Shown here: piece after piece, positions 1 to 6,794 of the stretch
Layout: each line of letters opens with the position of its first letter
Numbering within the stretch: position 1 is the stretch's first letter
From: Synechococcus sp. NB0720_010
GTDB lineage: Bacteria > Cyanobacteriota > Cyanobacteriia > PCC-6307 > Cyanobiaceae
Length of the DNA: 24,000 nucleotides
NCBI RefSeq assembly: GCF_023078835.1
Contig: NZ_CP090898.1
Location: 784,045-808,044 of the forward strand
Reading direction: 5' to 3'
Translations under genes and position numbers: made by a program
The notes under the pieces: model-generated
The model's input: the letters and a program-made list of their open reading frames with translations, nothing else
Databases searched by the model: none
What the model was told of the DNA's origin: nothing

Positions 1-1
1 A

Positions 2-3000
2 ACCATATTTGCATTTAAGAGCGCACAAATCAATGAGCTCGAAATATTCGAAGTGCCTGGCCTCCAAATCGAAGGAGATGGATCCTGGTCCTTCGATCCA
101 GGAAACGCTGCTTACAATTCTCTACCTACAGGCGAAGAACTCACTATTCAGGTAACCTACTCAGCGACTGATGCAGATGGGCTAGTCGCCACTAACTCGT
201 TCACAATAACCGTTGAGGGCACGAATGATGATCCGTACTTGACGGATGAGGACTCACTTACTGAATTACTGGATAACGCAATCGAAGATCAAGGCAGAAA
301 CGGGAATCCATACACAATTGACCTCGATTTGCTAACATCTCCATTTGAGGATTATGACTACGCAGGAGGGACGAGTGAATCTCTAGAAGTCAAGGGACTT
401 AATGCATACAAACAAAACGGCGACGTCGCTGGCACTTTCGAAAGGATTGGCAACACATTCGTTTTCAGCCCCTTTAAGGATGTAGAAGGACTAATCAAGA
501 TTGAATATATAGTTACCGACAATAATGGAGGAGGAGTCACCGCTGAGACAACTCTCTTCATTGAAGCAGTCAATGATGCTCCAGAACTTGGAGCATTACC
601 CGATGGTGGGTTAGTCATGAAGAACGATGCTCAGGAAGACACTCCATTTACATTCACAGATGTTGACCTCATTAAAGGTTTCATAGATCCAGACAATGCT
701 GCTGATGGACTCGCAGACCTAAGTCTAAATCTCGAAATTACTGCCATTCCGTCAAGTCCCAATGGCACAATCCAGGTTGCTTCTTACTCTGGTCAACTCA
801 CATCCTCTGACGTCGATGCCTCCGGCACCCCCGACTTCTCACTGATCAGCGCTGAAATACCAGGTCTCTCGATCAATTCCGATGGTTCATGGTCATTCGA
901 CCCAACAAATGCCGCCTACGACAGCATCGAAAAAGACGACTCTCAAACGATCACTGTCAGCTACAGCGTCACTGATGATCAAGGCGCAACAGATCAAAAC
1001 TCTTTCACCATCAATCTCACTGGAACTGACTCCACCCCAATTGCGACATTCACTTCAGACCTGGAGGGGCCAATCCAGGCGATAGGGAGCTACATCTTTA
1101 GCCCAGACGAGAACTTCAATGGCACAACACAAGTTGACTTTGAGATAAGTGATAACGCTGGAGCGAAGACTTTCGGTTCAAAGTTTGTTGTCATAGCAGC
1201 AGACAATGATTCCCCAACAATCTCACTGCCCAATAATTCCTATGACGCATCTGTGGTTGCCGGCACGGCGCAGTTCTTAAGTACGAATGCTTTTGGTTAT
1301 CAGGACATCGAGGGGGATCCCATCCAAGGAGTTCGGATTGAGATTCCAAATGCGTCAGTTGGTTTGTTGCAATCGAGCAGCAAGGCATTCAGTGTGGAGG
1401 GATCACAAAGTCTCCCGACCGAAAAGATAGGAGAAAAGACTTACGTTACTGTCAGTCGTGATATATTAGTCAACAACAGGCTGTATTTTGAGGCTAAGAA
1501 TACTGCTATTGGCCTGAGCTCTACCTTGTCGTTCATGGTCAACGATGGAACAAACTGGTCAACTGAGGCAACAATTAAACTATCCGTCACGGGGGCTCCA
1601 AAATCGGCCGCCGAAGCCTTCAAAGAAGCCCAATACAAAGTCAACTTCGAGGAAATACTGGGAGACGATCGCTATTGGGCGATCAAACCAGTTGTTGCGG
1701 CAGCAGGCCTCACCAATGATGAAGCCATTACAGCTCTAAAGAAAGCTCCGAGCTACGCTAATTACGCAGCCAACGAAGTCGAGTATCTCAATGATATTGG
1801 TTGGTTCAATATTGTCTATCTCAACGAAGAAGGACTGCGAGAAGAAACGAGCTTGGATGATCTTTCAGCAGTTGATGCGATAAGCCTTGCGAATAGTCCG
1901 TTAGACACTATCTTCAATTCCGAGGAAAAGGAGTTCATCTCCGCACAACTTAACGATTCCCAAAACAAAACTATCGAAAGCACATTCTCTGCGATTGCAA
2001 ATGTCACGATCGAGGGCTTTAGTAATGCAGTTAATTCTGATGGGCTATCCGAAAATGTTATCACTAGTGCCGTAGATAAGATTAGACTTATCGCATCAGG
2101 TTCATTTAGTACAGATGAGCAGTACCTCCAGTTCTCTGCCTCATCCGTTGCGTTACGCGCCACGATTGCATCGCTCAAGTCAGGCTCGCTTCTATCCTCT
2201 ATATCTGATCAAGACCCACAGATTTTCAACCTTCTTGACGGGGTCAAGGAATCGAAGCTCGCCGGAATCGCTCAATCGCTGGGATCCCTTCCTGAGGGAG
2301 TCTCGTACACACCAGATCAATTAACTAGGCTCTCAAAGCTTGCTGACAAGGCAGCGAGTGTCGGAAACACGGAAGCTCTCAAACTCGCAACCCGGACTAT
2401 TGTTGATGGCAAAAAGTATTCTTCACTCGCTGACGGGGATTTGGACGACCTTCCAGCTGACGAGAAAGCTAGAGCCCTTACTCTAAAAGATGAATATTTG
2501 AGCATCCAAGCACTGAAAGTTCAAGCAGGACTAAGCAACCTCAGCGTTAACACTGCAATTAACAGCGGAGCCATTACCTCCCTAGATAACGACGATGCCA
2601 AGCGACTTGTTCTGTCAGAGCTACAAAGTAAGTCTCTTGGTGTAAGCGAGAATTCAAACGAGTTGGCAAGCGTGTCGAACAGTGCTGCATACCTTAATTC
2701 ACTTGATAGCCTGGTTATTGCTGCAACAAAGATAGAAGACAGTGGGAAGGCTGCTGAAATACTTGAACTAGCTCAGACGCTGGACAACGTCGCCCTTAGC
2801 TTCGCAGACAACCCAGAAGAACTAGACAGGGTGGTAGCACTTCAAGAACAGCTAGAAGAGGATTTCAAGTATTCAGTTACATTCAACGAGGATGAAATCC
2901 GCGCTCACTACGCTAAGAACTGGGTGACCATCAGTAGCATCTCCGGAAATGTCATTACTTTGGGAGAAGGTGACAACGCCCTCAAAGATGCCAATGGCAC

Positions 3001-5104
3001 TCCTATCACTACCATAGGAGAAGAATATGTTCTATTCAAGGAAAATGTGAGCCGGGAAGATATTGCACTAGTGCTCATCAACTCACGGAAGTTCCAACCG
3101 AAAGCAATTTCATTGGATGGGAGCAATCCTGCAACAATCACGCGCGCCGACACAGCTATCTACTCAGCAACAGACAAGGATGGAGACTCCTATATCGGAT
3201 CAATGGATGGCTCATATATTCTTAATGGCGAGACGTACTACTACAACACTGAAAACCCGACGGCCAATCGGTTCACTATCACCATTCCCGACGATTACGA
3301 TGAAAATCTGGCCGAAGCTGGTACTCAGATGTCCTATTTGATGAATTACACAGCCGGCGAAATCGACTTCGACAAAAACACCGGAGCATTTACCTTTACC
3401 GCCTCAAGCGGTATAAGCCCGGACAAAGTTGGATACGACCCTGACTCAGTTGACACTGTCCTGAAATATGTCTCAGAAGCAGACCTGCTGAAGTATGGGG
3501 CAACTGCTGGAGATGGAGAAGTTGGTGAAAGAGAGTTCAGCTGGAACAAAACCAATGAGAACCCAAATATCTTCGGCGATGGCGAACCGCTGATTGATTT
3601 AGACGGCAACATCATTACCAAAGCCGGCTGGTACGACTTCACACGCCGTGTCAATGAATTTGGAGTCGCGACAGGCGATGGTGGAGAATACCTCTACGCC
3701 AACTTCTCCAATGGTGTGTGGACTGCAAGTACAGACATCAATCAACTAGGTGAGATCGGAACACTTAGAGTTATTGGTCTAAGGCTTCGTTTTACTGACA
3801 ATAGGTTCGGCGACAAGGATCCAACTGCTGGGACAATTATTGACCCCTTCGGTACCGCAAAAGCAACCGGTAGCGAAGCCGAAGTCCTAGCTGGACGTGC
3901 AGCGATTTCCAATCCGGTCAAAGCCTCAACGATTACACAACAGGTAACACAGGTAACAACGACTCAGACAGTTTCTATCCCTTACAAACCAGAACTTGTT
4001 GATCTGAAGCCTGATTCTTCAGGTGTTGGATATGACGATCCAGGCAATGCACCAGGCCTTGGAATTGATGCCCGTGGAGAAGATCTCGATGCCATGTCTG
4101 TCGGAGATGGTGTCGGCACGGGCTATGGAGAAGGTTCAGGTCAAGGCGTCAACAACTCCAGTGGCTCCGGCGAGGAAGCCATGACCCTCACCCAGGCCCT
4201 CACCGCCTTTGCAGAGGGGGAGGGAGAAGGAAACTCCGAGTCCAACAAAGGTCAAAACGCTGAAGGCCAAGGCGCCGGTACTGGTGGTGAAGCTGCCCTT
4301 GGAGAAGACCAATCACCAAAAACCCAACGCAAGCGCGGTCTACTTCTGCAGCCCCTGGTCGATCAACTCGCCAGCGGCGCCGATGAACTCAAGACCAGCT
4401 CCACCCTGCTCAAGAACCTCAGCGAGGGTTCGGTCATGGGCACCAACCTGCTCGATGCCCTCGCCCTCGGTGCCGGCGTCCTCTACGTGCTCTATGCACC
4501 CAAGGCCGTTGAAACCGGTAAAAAGGGCTTCCGCGGATTGGTCAACCGCGTCATGAAGCGGGGTGGTGTCAATGCCGTCATTCCCGAGCAGAACCTACTC
4601 TCGGTCTTCGTCATGAAGATGCCCAATGGCGGCGAGCGCCTGATGGCCACCCGCGTCGGCTTGGGCGGCATGGAAGTGTTAGCCCAGCAGGATCTGCCGG
4701 CAGATGTCCGTGTCGATGCCGCAGGCAGCCAGACCCAGATCGACTACGCCATGAAGCAGTTGATCGCCAAGCTGGGCGCCCCCAATGCCGACCTGCTGCT
4801 GCTTGGTCCCAAGCTCAAGGGCCAAGCCGCGCTACTCAAGAACATGGCCAAGCAGACCCAACTGCTGAATACCCAGGACCTCACGAGCAGCCTCTCCTCC
4901 TGCAGCGCCACCGAACTGGAGGCCCTGCAGAACTGGCTCAACAAACCCTCCAGCACCCTGCCGGAGACCAGCCCGGTCTACGGCCAGATGCTGCAGCAGA
5001 TCACCGCTTATGCCGGTGCCATGCCGGCAGAGCAGGCCAACATGGCCGGCCTGATTGAGCTCAGCGTCGCCATGGGCTGGAGCCAAACCGGCAAAGCGGC
5101 CTAG
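2..5104 (+). CDS. Giant cell-surface repeat protein, 5'-partial (VCBS/cadherin-like modules, long non-repetitive region, Gly/Glu/Ser linker, hydrophobic segment, unique ~200-aa C-terminal domain)
   Basis: The reading frame is open from nt 2 to the TAG at 5102-5104. My hand translation of nt 2-52 finds no stop. The residues before the track's GTG at 53 (ELEIFEVPGLQIE) match the lead-in of the second repeat copy (ISAEIPGLSIN), so the gene continues upstream of the window. The first ~520 aa contain beta-type modules ending in GTNDDP / AVNDAPE / GTDSTP / AADNDSP plus the motif DGSWSFDP.NAAY, typical of VCBS/cadherin-like repeats in giant T1SS-type adhesins. I saw no GGxGxD RTX nonapeptide repeats. 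Confidence 0.85.
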   Translation, partial: TIFAFKSAQINELEIFEVPGLQIEGDGSWSFDPGNAAYNSLPTGEELTIQVTYSATDADGLVATNSFTITVEGTNDDPYLTDEDSLTELLDNAIEDQGRNGNPYTIDLDLLTSPFEDYDYAGGTSESLEVKGLNAYKQNGDVAGTFERIGNTFVFSPFKDVEGLIKIEYIVTDNNGGGVTAETTLFIEAVNDAPELGALPDGGLVMKNDAQEDTPFTFTDVDLIKGFIDPDNAADGLADLSLNLEITAIPSSPNGTIQVASYSGQLTSSDVDASGTPDFSLISAEIPGLSINSDGSWSFDPTNAAYDSIEKDDSQTITVSYSVTDDQGATDQNSFTINLTGTDSTPIATFTSDLEGPIQAIGSYIFSPDENFNGTTQVDFEISDNAGAKTFGSKFVVIAADNDSPTISLPNNSYDASVVAGTAQFLSTNAFGYQDIEGDPIQGVRIEIPNASVGLLQSSSKAFSVEGSQSLPTEKIGEKTYVTVSRDILVNNRLYFEAKNTAIGLSSTLSFMVNDGTNWSTEATIKLSVTGAPKSAAEAFKEAQYKVNFEEILGDDRYWAIKPVVAAAGLTNDEAITALKKAPSYANYAANEVEYLNDIGWFNIVYLNEEGLREETSLDDLSAVDAISLANSPLDTIFNSEEKEFISAQLNDSQNKTIESTFSAIANVTIEGFSNAVNSDGLSENVITSAVDKIRLIASGSFSTDEQYLQFSASSVALRATIASLKSGSLLSSISDQDPQIFNLLDGVKESKLAGIAQSLGSLPEGVSYTPDQLTRLSKLADKAASVGNTEALKLATRTIVDGKKYSSLADGDLDDLPADEKARALTLKDEYLSIQALKVQAGLSNLSVNTAINSGAITSLDNDDAKRLVLSELQSKSLGVSENSNELASVSNSAAYLNSLDSLVIAATKIEDSGKAAEILELAQTLDNVALSFADNPEELDRVVALQEQLEEDFKYSVTFNEDEIRAHYAKNWVTISSISGNVITLGEGDNALKDANGTPITTIGEEYVLFKENVSREDIALVLINSRKFQPKAISLDGSNPATITRADTAIYSATDKDGDSYIGSMDGSYILNGETYYYNTENPTANRFTITIPDDYDENLAEAGTQMSYLMNYTAGEIDFDKNTGAFTFTASSGISPDKVGYDPDSVDTVLKYVSEADLLKYGATAGDGEVGEREFSWNKTNENPNIFGDGEPLIDLDGNIITKAGWYDFTRRVNEFGVATGDGGEYLYANFSNGVWTASTDINQLGEIGTLRVIGLRLRFTDNRFGDKDPTAGTIIDPFGTAKATGSEAEVLAGRAAISNPVKASTITQQVTQVTTTQTVSIPYKPELVDLKPDSSGVGYDDPGNAPGLGIDARGEDLDAMSVGDGVGTGYGEGSGQGVNNSSGSGEEAMTLTQALTAFAEGEGEGNSESNKGQNAEGQGAGTGGEAALGEDQSPKTQRKRGLLLQPLVDQLASGADELKTSSTLLKNLSEGSVMGTNLLDALALGAGVLYVLYAPKAVETGKKGFRGLVNRVMKRGGVNAVIPEQNLLSVFVMKMPNGGERLMATRVGLGGMEVLAQQDLPADVRVDAAGSQTQIDYAMKQLIAKLGAPNADLLLLGPKLKGQAALLKNMAKQTQLLNTQDLTSSLSSCSATELEALQNWLNKPSSTLPETSPVYGQMLQQITAYAGAMPAEQANMAGLIELSVAMGWSQTGKAA
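74..235 (+). repeat. VCBS-like 54-aa module, copy 1 (GDGSWSFDPGNAAYNSL...FTITVEGTNDDP)
   Basis: This 162-nt in-frame module aligns with copy 2 at 878-1039 at 29 of 54 residues by my hand alignment. The DNA is diverged at many synonymous positions. Confidence 0.7.
878..1039 (+). repeat. VCBS-like 54-aa module, copy 2 (SDGSWSFDPTNAAYDSI...FTINLTGTDSTP)
   Basis: Same length (162 nt) and same motif order as copy 1. It is preceded by EIPGLSIN, compared with EVPGLQIE before copy 1. Confidence 0.7.
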
Positions 5105-5113
5105 GACCACAGC

Positions 5114-5133
5114 GGGGGCTGCACCCAGCCCCC
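5114..5133. terminator. GC-rich hairpin between convergent genes (candidate bidirectional intrinsic terminator)
   Basis: gggggctg (5114-5121) / loop cacc / cagccccc (5126-5133) forms a perfect 8-bp stem. It lies in the 38-nt gap between the giant-gene stop (5104) and the stop of the minus-strand HExxH gene (5143). There is no clear U-tract on either side, so its function as a terminator is not certain. Confidence 0.5.
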
Positions 5134-5142
5134 CCTCAGTCC

Positions 5143-5631
5143 TTAGCGGCAGCGTTCTTTTAAGGCCGCAATGATCAGCGGGAATGCCTTGGGGTTGCCC
5201 TGCATCGCGAATGCCTCACGCTCCACGTCGAACTTGGCGTGGGCATAGTTGCGGTAGAGGATTCCAGCCACCTCGCGGTCAACGGCATTCACCATCGACG
5301 TTGGCCAGCCGATGGTCTCCAGCTTCCCTGTCTTGCAGCCCTGGGCTCCATGGACGGCCTCATGAATCAAGGTTTGGCGGCCAATGCCCAAGTCCACTGC
5401 AATCGGTGCCACCCAAATGATCTTTTTGCGGGAGTTCGTTGCGCCATAGGCCCCCTGAATCGGCGGCTTTTCAAAACGCACTTGATAACCCGCCTGCTGC
5501 AAGGCCTTCACCAAGGGCAGCCAATCAGCCGGCCATTGGGGGGCCGCACTAGCACGGAGGGCCGCAGCACCACACAACAAAGCCAACGCTCCAAATGAGC
5601 AGGCCAGACGCCGAAATGGAATGATTGTCAT
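5143..5631 (-). CDS. Secreted small HExxH-motif protein (putative zinc metallopeptidase-like), last gene of the minus-strand string
   Basis: The 162-aa protein has an N-terminal signal-peptide-like region (MTIIPFRRLACSFGALALLCGAAALRASA|AP, with an AxA site). It contains an HEAVH motif in LIHEAVHGAQGC and a downstream acidic stretch (DVEREAF) that could supply a third ligand. GGAG lies 11 nt upstream of the ATG (5643-5646 on the minus strand). I did not recognise a family beyond the motif. Confidence 0.6.
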   Translation of the reverse strand: MTIIPFRRLACSFGALALLCGAAALRASAAPQWPADWLPLVKALQQAGYQVRFEKPPIQGAYGATNSRKKIIWVAPIAVDLGIGRQTLIHEAVHGAQGCKTGKLETIGWPTSMVNAVDREVAGILYRNYAHAKFDVEREAFAMQGNPKAFPLIIAALKERCR

Positions 5632-5646
5632 GCGGTCATCAGCTCC

Positions 5647-6321
5647 CTACTGAACCGTGAGGTTGCGGCCGGAATTGCCCCAGAAATAGATCGGGTCGTC
5701 CTTGTACCAAGGCTCCCAACCGATCGGCACCTTGTACTCCAGCGCCTTGTTCTTGATGGCTCGGTAGGCCTCAAAGCCATCGTTCTCCAGCACAACAAAC
5801 ACCGCTTTTTTCTCCTTGGCCAAACGCTGCATCGTTTGATCCAGCCAACCTTCTTTCTTTTTGAGATCAGCCGCCAGGACCGTCGGCGGACCATTGCGGC
5901 GAATCAGGCCATTGGCATGGCTCACGCTCATGCCGATCGGTCCGACTTGGGCCTCGCGCTTCCAGCCATCCAATTCCCGATCACAAGCTTCCTTCTCTGG
6001 CGGCAGCAGTTGTTCGCAGCGGTTGACTTCACCCGCCCGCTGCCGGTCGAGCTTCACCATCTGCTCCACCGCAGGTTGCAAATCCCACAGACCCTCCTTC
6101 GCTGCTTGCAGCAGCACGAAGTTGCGGGAGCTTTTTTGCTGCATTGGCGCCTGAATGTTCAGGGCACTCGAGGTGGCGAAGATGCCGGTCAAAGAACCAA
6201 TCAGCGCCATCACCCCCACCACGTTGGAGAGGATGTCCATCAGGCCGTCACTGCTGTCGCTAGTAACTCCTCCGCCACCACGGCGGCTACGGCGTCTCAG
6301 CAGGAGGGAACGCTGACCCAT
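5647..6321 (-). CDS. ExbD/TolR-like single-pass membrane protein, paralog 2 (224 aa)
   Basis: The N-terminus is basic (RRRSRRGGGG). Asp residues sit immediately before one TM helix (DGLMDILSNVVGVMALIGSLTGIF). The periplasmic domain's C-terminal part (AVFVVLENDGFEAYRAIKNKALEYKVPIGWEP) parallels paralog 1 (YLVIGVRPSAFRDFESIRSKAEARRLSIGYEP). Its start overlaps the upstream stop (TAATG at 6319-6323), implying translational coupling. Confidence 0.65.
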   Translation of the reverse strand: MGQRSLLLRRRSRRGGGGVTSDSSDGLMDILSNVVGVMALIGSLTGIFATSSALNIQAPMQQKSSRNFVLLQAAKEGLWDLQPAVEQMVKLDRQRAGEVNRCEQLLPPEKEACDRELDGWKREAQVGPIGMSVSHANGLIRRNGPPTVLAADLKKKEGWLDQTMQRLAKEKKAVFVVLENDGFEAYRAIKNKALEYKVPIGWEPWYKDDPIYFWGNSGRNLTVQ

Positions 6322-6791
6322 TAACCGGCTCCCTCTACTGCGGGCATCCCTACCGGCAGCTGCACTTTCAAGCCAGCCTCGAGGGGCTCATAGCCAATCG
6401 AGAGGCGTCGAGCCTCGGCCTTGGAGCGGATGGACTCAAAGTCGCGGAAGGCACTGGGACGCACGCCGATCACCAAGTACTGGGGCTTGGAGTTCTTGGC
6501 GATGGCATCGAGGAACTGCTCGAGACCCTGGTCTTTGAGATTCCAAGTCCGGCGCTGTCCTTGGCCGATCACCTCGACCTTGCCGCCGCCCTCACAAAGG
6601 ATGTAATTCGCTTCTTTGCCTTTTCCTTCTCCCCCCGCGGGGAGCAATTGAATCGCCTGAACGCCGGGCTTGATCTGCAGCGCGCAGATCACAATCAGCA
6701 GGGACTGCACGCCAATCGTGGCGGCCATGATGTTGAGGAAGGAGAAGAGATCCACTCCCTCGTCATTCTTTTTTCCCCTGCGGCGCCCCAT
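6321..6791 (-). CDS. ExbD/TolR-like biopolymer-transport protein, paralog 1 (156 aa)
   Basis: The layout matches E. coli ExbD. There is a basic N-terminus (MGRRRGKKNDEG), then an Asp preceding the TM (VDLFSFLNIMAATIGVQSLLIVI, compared with ExbD DINVTPFIDVMLVLLIIFMV), then a ~110-aa periplasmic alpha/beta domain. There is no OmpA/MotB-type peptidoglycan-binding region. The ATG lies 3 nt after the MotA-like stop. Confidence 0.7.
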   Translation of the reverse strand: MGRRRGKKNDEGVDLFSFLNIMAATIGVQSLLIVICALQIKPGVQAIQLLPAGGEGKGKEANYILCEGGGKVEVIGQGQRRTWNLKDQGLEQFLDAIAKNSKPQYLVIGVRPSAFRDFESIRSKAEARRLSIGYEPLEAGLKVQLPVGMPAVEGAG

Positions 6792-6794
6792 GAA

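Noticed and set aside
4209-4556. 115-aa + strand ORF and small minus-strand ORFs (4744-4956, 4832-5110) inside the 3' end of the giant gene as possible separate genes explaining the GC switch.
   Set aside because: They are out-of-frame overlaps with Pro/Ser/Ala/Arg-rich translations, while the main frame continues uninterrupted through the GC switch with sensible protein sequence. A single mosaic ORF is the simpler reading.
2-5104. Calling the giant protein an RTX toxin/hemolysin.
   Set aside because: I could not find any GGxGxDxUx nonapeptide repeats. The architecture is adhesin/surface-fibre-like: VCBS/cadherin-like modules plus a long unique region. The C-terminus carries a hydrophobic segment instead of an RTX block.
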